A stretch of 64,000 bases of DNA from an uncultured Gammaproteobacteria bacterium. GTDB lineage: Bacteria; Patescibacteriota; Microgenomatia; UBA12405; JAHJSD01. The position numbers and the translations under genes were made by a program. The stretch is taken from contig CAYRYE010000001.1 of the NCBI GenBank assembly GCA_964428655.1, forward strand, positions 376,406 through 440,405. The letters are read 5' to 3'. How positions within the stretch are numbered: the first letter of the stretch is position 1; each line of letters opens with the position of its first letter. Below, piece by piece: positions 19,110-27,868 of the stretch. The notes below the pieces were generated by a model. The model did not search any database. It had not been told where the DNA came from and saw nothing but the letters and a program-made list of their open reading frames with translations.

Positions 19110-19703
19110 CTATTTTGAAGTTGGCTGCCAATAATAAAGATTAGTTTTTTTACTAAACCCCTTTAGTTTTTTAGAATTAAATCTTTTCAATTCTTTTTTT
19201 TGGTTTTTGTTGAGTTGAGAATAAATATTTTGAGTCACTAAGACGTTTTCTTTTAACTTGCTCAATAATGAGCTGACCCTGAATGCTTTGATTATGGTTG
19301 GGCCGGTATGGAAGTTTCCAATCATTTTTAGTTTTGAATTTTTTGCTGAGAAAACTTTTCCTGCATCAATCCCTACTCCTAGGCTTAGCGGGAAATTATT
19401 ATTGTTCTGGAAGCTATTCATAAAAGATTTCGCCATGTTGAATGCTCTGTTGGCATTGTCTCTTCCTCTAAACAAAACGCCAACGCCATCTCCAAGATCG
19501 TTGATAATTTTGCCGCCAAAAGCAAGGGCGTGTTTCTCTAAAGTAAGATAGTATATATTGAGTAGCCTAGCTGTTTGATTTGCTTTTTGACAAACTACGA
19601 ATTCGGTGAAGTTTCTTAAGTCAAACCAGGCATAAGCGGCAATAAAACCTTTTAGTTTTAGTGAAGCTTTGTTTTTGGCAATGTCAATGTGATGATTAAC
19701 CAT
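19110..19703 (-). CDS. Stand-alone class III adenylate/guanylate cyclase domain protein
   Basis: WFDLRNFT (first metal Asp), LGDGV (second Asp), GVGIDAG, GPTIIKAFR; the usual N-x3-R Asn appears substituted. Confidence 0.75.
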   Translation of the reverse strand: MVNHHIDIAKNKASLKLKGFIAAYAWFDLRNFTEFVVCQKANQTARLLNIYYLTLEKHALAFGGKIINDLGDGVGVLFRGRDNANRAFNMAKSFMNSFQNNNNFPLSLGVGIDAGKVFSAKNSKLKMIGNFHTGPTIIKAFRVSSLLSKLKENVLVTQNIYSQLNKNQKKELKRFNSKKLKGFSKKTNLYYWQPTSK

Positions 19704-19793
19704 AGACTTTAAAGACTAACAATTCAAGAGTTACAGAACTATAATAGCACACACGCGCTTTAGTTAAAGCAAAAAAACTGTTAGAATATTTTT

Positions 19794-20582
19794 ATGAAAC
19801 CAAGCGATTTTGTTGAAGTGGTGGTTAATTCTTATCAAAATGGTAATGGAATATTCGCTAATAAAGTTAACGCTGAGGATTTACTACCAGCCAAAATTGA
19901 TAATTTGAACAGGGCCCTTTTTCTTTTTTACGTAATTCAGTTGGATTATGCTACCAAATCTCAAAAGTTGTACCTTGGGGCCAGGAAACTTTTTAATGAA
20001 TCTATTTTATTTTTTACTCCAGAATTTATTGTCGAGATGGATGAGAAAGAGTTAAAGAATTTGTTAAAGAAAAAGCTCAGGCCGAGATATATAAACGAGG
20101 CGCTAAAGAGGTATAAATTAAATTCTCGTTTTCTGTTGGATAATTATGCTGGCGACCCCAGGAATATATTTAGAAATTCAACAACTGCTCGCGATGCTTT
20201 GAAAAAAATCAGGGAATTCAGGGGTTTTGGGCCCAAAATTGGCAATTTCTTTTTTAGAACAATGGTTAATACTTTTAGTTTCAATTATCCAGACATTGAA
20301 AAAATATTGCCACCTGTGGACGTTCATGATGTAAGAATTGCTTATTTAATGGGGTTTATTTCTTCTGAGAAAATGTCCGGTGATAATATTAAAACGGTTA
20401 AAAATTTGTGGAATTCTGCCTGTCGAGGGGCAAATAAGAGTTGGTTAGAATTCGACAAGGCCTTGTGGTTAATTGGTTCAGAGGGTAAGCCAAAGACGAA
20501 AGAAGATGTTTTAAAGGTGGTTCTGAACATTAGGGAGACAAATGAAGAGAATAGTTTTGCGACAAAATGCTATAAATGTTAA
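19794..20582 (+). CDS. HhH-GPD/endonuclease III-like DNA glycosylase-family protein
   Basis: HhH motif FRGFGPKIG, catalytic-Asp motif PVDVHDVRI, FDKALWLIG; no clear 4Fe-4S Cys cluster; TGtTAGAAT 6 nt upstream. Confidence 0.7.
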   Translation: MKPSDFVEVVVNSYQNGNGIFANKVNAEDLLPAKIDNLNRALFLFYVIQLDYATKSQKLYLGARKLFNESILFFTPEFIVEMDEKELKNLLKKKLRPRYINEALKRYKLNSRFLLDNYAGDPRNIFRNSTTARDALKKIREFRGFGPKIGNFFFRTMVNTFSFNYPDIEKILPPVDVHDVRIAYLMGFISSEKMSGDNIKTVKNLWNSACRGANKSWLEFDKALWLIGSEGKPKTKEDVLKVVLNIRETNEENSFATKCYKC

Positions 20583-20659
20583 CTCGGTTCCTCCGGGCCT
20601 CGCTGATTATATGCGCGCGATTTTTGTTCGGCTCTTTTGAGCCAGTGATATAAACAATC

Positions 20660-20992
20660 TTAAGTATTAATTCTTGAAGCGTAGTTGAAGCAATGAAAAT
20701 ATTTTTGCCAAAGTTGATCAGAAGAGCTGTGTTGATTTTTACCCCAGAAATAGTCGACTAATAATTCATTTAGCCTTGTTAATTCTTTTAAACGAGCTTT
20801 ATTATTTTTGTTTTTTATACTAAGTTCTAATAATTCAAGTGCTCTTACAAAGGCTTTTTGGCTATATTCTAAGTTGTTTTTATTTTTCCAAATAATTACC
20901 CTATTTACCTCACTGCCAATATTGGCCATTTGTTCGAAAAGGCTCATATTATTCCAATTACCAGAGGCTAGTTTTTGGTGTTGAAAACTCAT
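20660..20992 (-). CDS. Conserved small helical hypothetical protein, partner of DUF5674
   Basis: QMANIGSEVNR, RALELL motifs; ATG overlaps the stop of the upstream gene. Confidence 0.7.
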   Translation of the reverse strand: MSFQHQKLASGNWNNMSLFEQMANIGSEVNRVIIWKNKNNLEYSQKAFVRALELLELSIKNKNNKARLKELTRLNELLVDYFWGKNQHSSSDQLWQKYFHCFNYASRINT

Positions 20993-21330
20993 TTTGCTAT
21001 CAACTTGTTTACAATCCTTATTATTTTTTCTTGTGTCTTTGGATTATCTACGCCTTGAGAAAGGTTTTTCAAAGAAGGACGGACATTAATCATTGAATCG
21101 AATTCAATTCTGTCGTTTTCTCCTATTTTTGGATAGATGTTTATTCCCCACAAATTTTTTTGTTTAGAGCCATTTTGAAGAAGAAGAGCTTCTTCGTCTG
21201 CGTGTAATTCTCCATTTATGGCCATTATTTCTTTTTCTATGTCAACAACGGCTTTAACCAAATTACCAAACATTTGCTCGGCCATTTTTTTAAGTTCTTT
21301 AATGGAAACTTTTTGGTTTACAATTTTCAT
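20989..21330 (-). CDS. DUF5674-family protein
   Basis: KAVVDI, GELHADEE.LLL.NGS.Q.NLWG.N, IEFDSMINVRP; TGtTAAAAT 7 nt upstream. Confidence 0.75.
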   Translation of the reverse strand: MKIVNQKVSIKELKKMAEQMFGNLVKAVVDIEKEIMAINGELHADEEALLLQNGSKQKNLWGINIYPKIGENDRIEFDSMINVRPSLKNLSQGVDNPKTQEKIIRIVNKLIAK

Positions 21331-21439
21331 TTAAGTAATTTTAACATGAAATGAGAAACAAGTTTTGCTTATTTATAAATTATTTTTCTTGCGCGCGTTT
21401 TTTTGCTTCGCAAAATAAAGTAAATGGTAAAATACTCCC

Positions 21440-22024
21440 ATGCAGAATTTTAAAAGCGTAATTGGCATAATTGCCACTTTACTGGTTCTTGTTGGTTACA
21501 TTCCCTATGTTCGAGATATTATCAAAGGAAAAACAAAACCCCATATTTACAGTTGGTTTCTTTGGGGATTTGTAACTTTAATTGCTTTTGCTTTGCAGGC
21601 TAGTGACAATGCTGGAACGGGATCTCTGGTTACTTTGGCAGCGGGGTTGATGTGTTTGGTTGTTATTGCTTTGGGCTTTATTTACAAAAGTAAAGTAGAG
21701 ATCACCAGAACTGATACTTTGTTTTTAATTTTAGCTTTTATTGCTCTTGGCCTTTGGCTTTTAGCTAAACAACCAACTCTTTCAGCCATTCTTATTACTT
21801 TAGTTGATTTATTTGGTTTTGCTCCGACAGTCAGAAAATCTTGGAACAGGCCCCACTCTGAGACCCTCTCGTTTTATTTTTTAAATACCCTTCGCTTTGC
21901 TTTGGCTGTTTTTTCCTTGCAGCATTATTCAATAATTACCACTCTTTATCCGTCCACCTGGTTGTTAGCCAATGGCTTGTTTGGCCTGGTTCTTGTTATC
22001 CGTCGAAAACAGTTGAGTGAGTAG
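21440..22024 (+). CDS. Small multi-pass membrane protein with internal duplication (PQ-loop-like)
   Basis: GYIPYVRDIIKGKTKP / FAPTVRKSWNRPHSE repeat halves, 7 TMs; TGgTAAAAT 6 nt upstream. Confidence 0.7.
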   Translation: MQNFKSVIGIIATLLVLVGYIPYVRDIIKGKTKPHIYSWFLWGFVTLIAFALQASDNAGTGSLVTLAAGLMCLVVIALGFIYKSKVEITRTDTLFLILAFIALGLWLLAKQPTLSAILITLVDLFGFAPTVRKSWNRPHSETLSFYFLNTLRFALAVFSLQHYSIITTLYPSTWLLANGLFGLVLVIRRKQLSE

Positions 22025-22155
22025 TTGCTCTGCTAGTAGTTTTTAAAAAGTTTTATTTTTCGAAAATCCATGGCGGATAAGGATTCGAGCCTGCTTAGGC
22101 CCTATAGACTGCTTGTGGTGAAGTTTAGGGAAAAGCTTGTATAATTGGACTTAGG

Positions 22156-23838
22156 GTGAGGGAAAAGAAAAAAATTGGCATTATTTTGGCTGGTTTGTTT
22201 TTGGTTGGTTTCTTTCTGAGAATTTGGCGAGTCAATAATTATCCCCCTTTGCTTTGGGACGAAGCGGCATTGGGATACAATGCTTATTCCATTTTAAAAA
22301 CCGGGCGGGACGAGCATGGTCAATTTCTTCCTTTAATCTTTAAGTCTTTCGGCGATTACAAGCCCGGTCTTTATGTTTATTTGACTCTGCCCTTTGTGGC
22401 CATTTTTGGCTTGAATGAGTTAGCCGTTCGTTTGCCGTCAGTAATCTTAGGGTCATTAATGCCCCTGTTTTTATATTTGCTGGTAAAGGAAGTTTTCAAG
22501 AAGAAAAATTGGCCTGTTGGCCAATGGCTAGCAATTCTATCTGCCGCTGTTTTGACTTTCTTACCCTGGCACATTCATTTTTCCCGCGGCGCTTGGGAAA
22601 CTAACGCGATGATGTTTTTCTTGGTTTTGGGCTCCTGGCTGTTTATGAAATCTTTGAGTTCACTATCCACCATCCATTATTCACTATTTGCTTTCCTACT
22701 TTCTCTTTGGTCTTATCAGAGCGCCAAAATGCTAGTGCCGCTGATTTTGTTGGGTTTACTAATTTTTGGAAAATTGGAAATTGTAAATTGGAAATTGTCC
22801 TGCAAAGCGGGATTGTCCTTTGGACGAAAAATTCTTCCATTAATAATTTTATTTTTAATGGGAGCGTGGTATTGGCAGAGTTTTTCCGGCCCGGCCAAGA
22901 ATCGCCTTAAAGTAATGAATCTTTTTTCTCACCGACGGCCTCAGGAGGAAATTCAACAATTGTTAAATGAGGATAATGAAAAAGAAAAGAATTTGCATTT
23001 TTATATTTTTCACGGAGAATGGCTGCATTTTTTTCGAGGTTCTTTAACTCGGTACTTTAATCATTTTTCGCCTCGATTTTTGGCTTTTGACGGAGATTGG
23101 AGCAATCCACGCCATTCAGCCCCCTACTTTGGCATGATTGGCCATGTTAATTTTGTTTTATTGATAATTGGTTTAGGATTTTTTATTTCTAAAAAAAGAA
23201 GTTTAAAAGAATATTTCTTTTTATATTGGCTGCTAGTTGCTCCGTTGCCGGCGGCCTTGACCAGAGACATCGTCTCCGGAGTTAGAGCTTTGGGTATGGT
23301 AGTGCCAATTAGTTTTTTCATTGGGTATGGGTTGATAAATATCAAAATTTCAAAATCTGCTTTTCGCTATTTGCTTTTCACTATTATTTTATTGGATTTT
23401 ATCTATTGGTTTGATCTTTATCACACTCACATGGTAAAAAGACTTCCTAAAGAATGGCTTTATGGTTATAAGGAGGCAATCAGTTTTGTTATGGGCGGCG
23501 AGGATAAATTCGACAAGGTAATCCTGACAGATTTTTACGGCCAACCTCATATTTATTATCTTTTTTACTCAGGTTATTCACCATCTGAATATCAACAGAA
23601 GTTAAAACTGACAGAAAATGAAATGGGCGATGTTGCCAAGATGGAATTTCTGGATAAAATTAGTTTTAGGCCGGCTAGCTGGGGATCAGACAGAGATGCT
23701 GAAGACGCTTTGATAGTTTTTCCTCGCGATGAGTTTTTAAGGGGTGAACTTGAGGGAAAACCTGAAGCGGTTTCTCGACTCGAGCCTTTGGGGGTTATTA
23801 ATAATCAACCAATGTTCTATGGCCTTAAAAATAAGTAA
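22156..23838 (+). CDS. ArnT/PMT-like glycosyltransferase, paralog 4
   Basis: WDEAALGYNAYSILKTGRDEHG, GDYKPG, PWHIHFSRG. Confidence 0.85.
   Translation: MREKKKIGIILAGLFLVGFFLRIWRVNNYPPLLWDEAALGYNAYSILKTGRDEHGQFLPLIFKSFGDYKPGLYVYLTLPFVAIFGLNELAVRLPSVILGSLMPLFLYLLVKEVFKKKNWPVGQWLAILSAAVLTFLPWHIHFSRGAWETNAMMFFLVLGSWLFMKSLSSLSTIHYSLFAFLLSLWSYQSAKMLVPLILLGLLIFGKLEIVNWKLSCKAGLSFGRKILPLIILFLMGAWYWQSFSGPAKNRLKVMNLFSHRRPQEEIQQLLNEDNEKEKNLHFYIFHGEWLHFFRGSLTRYFNHFSPRFLAFDGDWSNPRHSAPYFGMIGHVNFVLLIIGLGFFISKKRSLKEYFFLYWLLVAPLPAALTRDIVSGVRALGMVVPISFFIGYGLINIKISKSAFRYLLFTIILLDFIYWFDLYHTHMVKRLPKEWLYGYKEAISFVMGGEDKFDKVILTDFYGQPHIYYLFYSGYSPSEYQQKLKLTENEMGDVAKMEFLDKISFRPASWGSDRDAEDALIVFPRDEFLRGELEGKPEAVSRLEPLGVINNQPMFYGLKNK
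22661..22688 (+). repeat. Degenerate 7-nt tandem array, in frame
   Basis: cactatc caccatc cattatt cactatt (LSTIHYSL). Confidence 0.7.
22771..22812 (+). repeat. 7-nt tandem array followed by a small GC hairpin, in frame
   Basis: aaattgg aaattgt aaattgg aaattgt, then tcctgc-aaa-gcggga (KLEIVNWKLSCKAG). Confidence 0.8.
23358..23385 (+). repeat. Degenerate 7-nt tandem array, in frame
   Basis: tgctttt cgctatt tgctttt cactatt. Confidence 0.6.
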
Positions 23839-25354
23839 GCGGAAATTGGTTTTGATATTAATTTTATTTTTGGCGGCTTTTTTACGGCTTTATAGATTGG
23901 GTCATTATCCGCCCTTGAATGCCGACGAAGCGGCTATTGGCTATAATGCTTGGTCTATTTTAAAAACCGGCCGGGACGAGCATGGTGGCTTTTTACCCCT
24001 TCATTTCAAATCTTTCGGCGATTACAAGCCAGGGGGATATTTTTATGTTGTTCTGCCCTTTGTTGGTTTTTTAGGTCTTAACGAGTGGGCGGTTAGACTG
24101 CCTTCAGTTTTAGCAGGAATACTTACTGTTTGGCTGGTTTACCAACTGGCTAAACTGCTCTGGAAGAATGAGAAGCTGGGCTTGATTTGGGCTTTTGTTT
24201 TAACCATTTCACCTTGGCACATTCATTTTTCCCGCGGCGGCTGGGAAAGTAATTTTGCTCTGTTTTTAATTATTTTAGGAGTCTATTTTTTTTACAAATT
24301 CCTTTCTACCCGTTTAATCAAATACTTTATACTTCATACCTCATACTTCATACTTTCTCTATATATTTACCACAGCGCAAGAATTATTGCTCCGGTTCTG
24401 TTTTTAGGTTTAGTTTTATTTAACTGGAAGTTTTTTTGGCAGAGCAGGAAGCAAATCATTGCTCCACTGGTTTTTGGTTTTTTGCTTTTAATTCCGCTTG
24501 TTTTTTCGTTTTTAAAAGGCGGCGCTTCATCTAGATTCTCTGGAGTTGGGTTGTTTGCCGATACCGGCCCTTTCTGGCGAGTCAATGAGTTATTAAATCA
24601 GCATGAAGGAAAGGGTTTTCCATTTGTTAGGTTAATTCATAATAGGTTTATTATTTATGGCATTTCTTTTGCCCAGAAATATTTTTCTCATTTTAATGGC
24701 CAATTCTTATTTATTGATGGTGATGATGTGCCCCGAAGCAAAGTGCCTGACATGGGAGTGATGCACTTATTTGAAGTGGGATTTTTAATTTTAGGCATTT
24801 GGTTTTGGCTGCGAGGCAAAAGAAAGTATAAATATTTACCATTCTTATTATTAATAACAGGTCCTTTGGCATCGGCAATGACTTTTCAAGCCCCAAGCGC
24901 CTTAAGATCTTTGCCAATGGTGGTGCCGCTGACCTTTTTTGTTAGTTATGGAATCATTAACATTATTAATTTATTAAATAAAAAATTTGCCAAGCTTACT
25001 ATCTGTTATTTACTGTCTATTATCTATCTATTTAGTCTTTGTTACTGGCAGGATCGTTATTTTACTCATTATTTAAAACGATTTCCTTCGGCCTGGCCTG
25101 ATTTTAGACCGGTTGCGAATTGGGTTAAAAATAATGGTGATCAGTATGAAAAAATCTGTATTACCGGCAATTATGATCAGCCCTATATTTTGGCTTTATT
25201 CTATCTTCAATATCCGCCGGAAAAGATTCAAAAAGAGATTAAATTGACACCACCGGACGAGTTTGGTTTTTCTACAGTTGAAAACTTTGGAAAATATTAT
25301 TTTGGCAATTGCCAGGATTTCGATGGTAAAATAATTCATGGTTCAAAATACTAG
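23819..25354 (+). CDS. ArnT/PMT-like glycosyltransferase, paralog 5
   Basis: ADEAAIGYNAWSILKTGRDEHG, GDYKPG, SPWHIHFSRG; start moved to ATG 23819. Confidence 0.85.
   Translation: MALKISKRKLVLILILFLAAFLRLYRLGHYPPLNADEAAIGYNAWSILKTGRDEHGGFLPLHFKSFGDYKPGGYFYVVLPFVGFLGLNEWAVRLPSVLAGILTVWLVYQLAKLLWKNEKLGLIWAFVLTISPWHIHFSRGGWESNFALFLIILGVYFFYKFLSTRLIKYFILHTSYFILSLYIYHSARIIAPVLFLGLVLFNWKFFWQSRKQIIAPLVFGFLLLIPLVFSFLKGGASSRFSGVGLFADTGPFWRVNELLNQHEGKGFPFVRLIHNRFIIYGISFAQKYFSHFNGQFLFIDGDDVPRSKVPDMGVMHLFEVGFLILGIWFWLRGKRKYKYLPFLLLITGPLASAMTFQAPSALRSLPMVVPLTFFVSYGIINIINLLNKKFAKLTICYLLSIIYLFSLCYWQDRYFTHYLKRFPSAWPDFRPVANWVKNNGDQYEKICITGNYDQPYILALFYLQYPPEKIQKEIKLTPPDEFGFSTVENFGKYYFGNCQDFDGKIIHGSKY
24322..24356 (+). 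repeat. 7-nt tandem array, in frame
   Basis: atacttt atacttc atacctc atacttc atacttt (YFILHTSYFIL). Confidence 0.85.
24997..25024 (+). repeat. Degenerate 7-nt tandem array, in frame
   Basis: tactatc tgttatt tactgtc tattatc. Confidence 0.6.
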
Positions 25355-26159
25355 ATACAAATTATCAGTTGCCATTGCAGCATATAATGAAGAAAAAAAT
25401 ATTGGCCGCTGTTTAGATTCAGTTAAGGGCTGGGTGGATGAAATTGTTGTTTTCGATGAATTTTCCTTTGATAGAACTAGGGAGATTGCTGAAAAGTACG
25501 GTGCTAAAGTTTTTAAAACTAAACATAAACCAATCTTTCATATCACTAAACAGAAAGCAATTGATAAATGCAAAGGAGAGTGGATTTTACAGCTAGATGC
25601 TGATGAAGTCGTTGATAGAGAATTAAAAAAAGAGATTTTAGAGATAACAAGGCAAAAAAAACACTTTGGGAGTGGCCCGAGGATGCCAATTGCCTTTTAC
25701 ATTCCCAGAAAAAACCATTTCTTGGGAAAGTGGCTTAAAAAAACCGGCCAGTATCCGGATCCGGTAATTCGGTTTTTCAAGAAAGGGAAAGCCCGTTTGC
25801 CTTGCCAATCAGTTCATGAACAAATGAAAGTAGATGGCGAAACTGGTCGGTTAAAAGGTCATTTATTTCACTACCCTTATCCTAATTTCTCTGAATATCT
25901 GCGAAAATCTAATCGCTATACAACCTTGACAGCTCAGGAAATGCTGGACCGAGGCGAAAAGCTGGGCATTGTTTCTTTTTTAAAAGCCTATTTTAAGTTA
26001 GAAAAAACTTTCTGGTCGCTATTTCTTCGCCACAAAGGCTTTTTAGACGGTTTCCCTGGATTTGTTTTCTCAGCCTATTCTGGTCTTCACCACATCACTG
26101 CCTATGTTAAATTCTGGGAGCTTCATAAACAGAGTAGAAAAACTAAAGTGTCAACTTAA
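25338..26159 (+). CDS. GT2 glycosyltransferase
   Basis: SVAIAAYNEE, WILQLDADE, YPDPVIRFF, VHEQ, GFLDGFPG. Confidence 0.9.
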   Translation: MVQNTRYKLSVAIAAYNEEKNIGRCLDSVKGWVDEIVVFDEFSFDRTREIAEKYGAKVFKTKHKPIFHITKQKAIDKCKGEWILQLDADEVVDRELKKEILEITRQKKHFGSGPRMPIAFYIPRKNHFLGKWLKKTGQYPDPVIRFFKKGKARLPCQSVHEQMKVDGETGRLKGHLFHYPYPNFSEYLRKSNRYTTLTAQEMLDRGEKLGIVSFLKAYFKLEKTFWSLFLRHKGFLDGFPGFVFSAYSGLHHITAYVKFWELHKQSRKTKVST

Positions 26160-26212
26160 GACACTTTGGGTGTGAAAATAGACAAGGCTTTTCGTAATTG
26201 GTATAATTAGAG

Positions 26213-26467
26213 ATGGTGGGAATTTTTGGTTTTACTTGCGATAGACTTACGGATCAAATGTCTCCTGCTCAAGTTAAGCTTGAGGGAGAAAGACCTATAA
26301 GAGGCGGAAGGGGTGCGTGTTTGGCAAGAGGTGGGCCGTGTTCTCAAGAGTGTGATGGGAAAGTAGAAATAACAAGGGTGACGATAAGCGCAAGAGACCC
26401 AAGGGGTTTGATAGTTCCTGTGGGGAGAGTTAGACCGGTTGCTTCTTCGCCTGGTTCGGCAAGGTAA
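26213..26467 (+). CDS. Small orphan Arg/Gly-rich protein with 4 Cys (84 aa)
   Basis: TGgTATAAT 5 nt upstream of ATG; purine-rich coding-like strand. Confidence 0.55.
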   Translation: MVGIFGFTCDRLTDQMSPAQVKLEGERPIRGGRGACLARGGPCSQECDGKVEITRVTISARDPRGLIVPVGRVRPVASSPGSAR

Positions 26468-26515
26468 TTTCTAAGTTTTGTCTTTCTATAGCTTTTCGTG
26501 CTATACTTTTTTACG

Positions 26516-26722
26516 GTGGCTGAACCAAAAAGAGGCTTGAATGTAGCTCAACAAAGGGAGTTGGCACGAACAGGCAGGGTTTCCTTTTTTCCTGGGTGCA
26601 CAGTTTTAAGGCCTGCTTTAAGGCGTTCTCAGGAGACACATTTTTTGAAACGAGTTGCTAGTATTCTTCCTCCCCGCCAACGGCAGTTTGTTGAAAAGGC
26701 TATCAGGATCCAGTTTTCATGA
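26516..26722 (+). CDS. Small orphan Arg-rich protein (68 aa)
   Basis: TGcTATACT 8 nt upstream of in-frame GTG 26516 (MAEPKRG...). Confidence 0.45.
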   Translation: MAEPKRGLNVAQQRELARTGRVSFFPGCTVLRPALRRSQETHFLKRVASILPPRQRQFVEKAIRIQFS

Positions 26723-26735
26723 TAAAATTTCATTA

Positions 26736-27812
26736 ATGGCGGGTAAACTTATTGTTGGTGTTGATACTACTTCTCTTTACACAGGTCATAAAGTTAGAGG
26801 AATTGGATTTTATACCAAGAGATTGTTAAGAGAAATTAAGAAATTTAGAAATTTAGAAATTAGGGAGCTAAAAAACAAGCAAGAGATTGAAAAAGGCGGT
26901 TACGATTTGCTCCATATACCATATTTCCACCCTTACTTTTTTACCTTGCCTTTTCGAAAAACGAAACCGTTGGTAGTGACGATTCATGATTTGGTTCCGG
27001 TTAAATATCCAGAACATTATCCACCGGGGAAAAAAGGCAAACTTCGTTGGCAAGTTCAAAAAAGATTATTAAGAAGGGTAGATTTTATTATCACTGATTC
27101 TTTTAATTCAAAATACGACATTGCTGATTTAACCGGCTATCCCCAGGACAGAATTTATGTAGTTTATCTGGCGGCTGGGGGAGAATTTAAAAAGCTAGAA
27201 GCCAGAAGTTTAAAGTTGAAGATTAAGAAGAAATATAATTTGCCCGATCAATTTGTTCTCTATGTTGGCGATGTTAATTGGAACAAAAATGTGCCGGGAT
27301 TGGTTAGAGCTTGTGAAAAAATCAGCGTGCCGTTAGTGATCGCTGGTAAACAAGCAGTAGCAAAAGATTTTGATTCTCATCATCCCGAAAACCGAGATCT
27401 CGTTTGGCTGCAAAAAAAGTATCAAGTATTAAGTAATAAGTATCAGGGGAAAGAAAAGAGATTTTATTTATTAGGGTTTGTACAGTCCGAGGAGCTAACA
27501 GCGCTTTACAACCTTGCTGTTGTTTATTGTCAACCCTCTTTTGACGAAGGCTTTGGCTTGCCGGTTTTAGAAGCAATGGCCTGTGGTTGTCCGGTTGTTT
27601 GTTCAAATAAAGGAAGTTTGCCGGAAGTGGCTGGCGAGGCGGCAGAAATGGTTGAGCCGACGGTTGATGAGCTGGCCGCTGGAATTAAGAGAGTGATTGG
27701 AAATAAAGACTTGCAGAAAAAACTTTCTAAGCTCGGTCTCGCCCGCGCCAAAGAATTTTCCTGGCAAAGAACGGCAAAAGAAACAATGGATGTTTATCAT
27801 TTGGTTGTATAG
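26736..27812 (+). CDS. GT4 glycosyltransferase (mannosyltransferase-like)
   Basis: RGIGFYT, VTIHDL, KNVPGL, EGFGLPVLEAMACGCPVV; TGaTAAAAT 7 nt before ATG 26736. Confidence 0.9.
   Translation: MAGKLIVGVDTTSLYTGHKVRGIGFYTKRLLREIKKFRNLEIRELKNKQEIEKGGYDLLHIPYFHPYFFTLPFRKTKPLVVTIHDLVPVKYPEHYPPGKKGKLRWQVQKRLLRRVDFIITDSFNSKYDIADLTGYPQDRIYVVYLAAGGEFKKLEARSLKLKIKKKYNLPDQFVLYVGDVNWNKNVPGLVRACEKISVPLVIAGKQAVAKDFDSHHPENRDLVWLQKKYQVLSNKYQGKEKRFYLLGFVQSEELTALYNLAVVYCQPSFDEGFGLPVLEAMACGCPVVCSNKGSLPEVAGEAAEMVEPTVDELAAGIKRVIGNKDLQKKLSKLGLARAKEFSWQRTAKETMDVYHLVV
26831..26862 (+). repeat. 8-nt tandem array, in frame
   Basis: agaaatta agaaattt agaaattt agaaatta. Confidence 0.75.
27192..27219 (+). repeat. Degenerate 7-nt tandem array, in frame
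   Basis: aagctag aagccag aagttta aagttga (KLEARSLKL). Confidence 0.7.
27417..27444 (+). repeat. 7-nt tandem array, in frame
   Basis: aagtatc aagtatt aagtaat aagtatc (KYQVLSNKYQ). Confidence 0.8.
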
Positions 27813-27868
27813 GAAAAAATTACCCCTTGACAGGCTTTTTAAAATGCTGTTCTATTGAAATAGAGCTT

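Noticed and set aside
19258-19551. 97-aa + strand ORF
   Set aside because: Antisense shadow of the cyclase gene
18794-22100. Integron cassette array (GTTAGAC right after the cfr-like stop)
   Set aside because: No matching RYYYAAC...GTTRRRY attC palindromes, genes alternate strands, and no integrase is present
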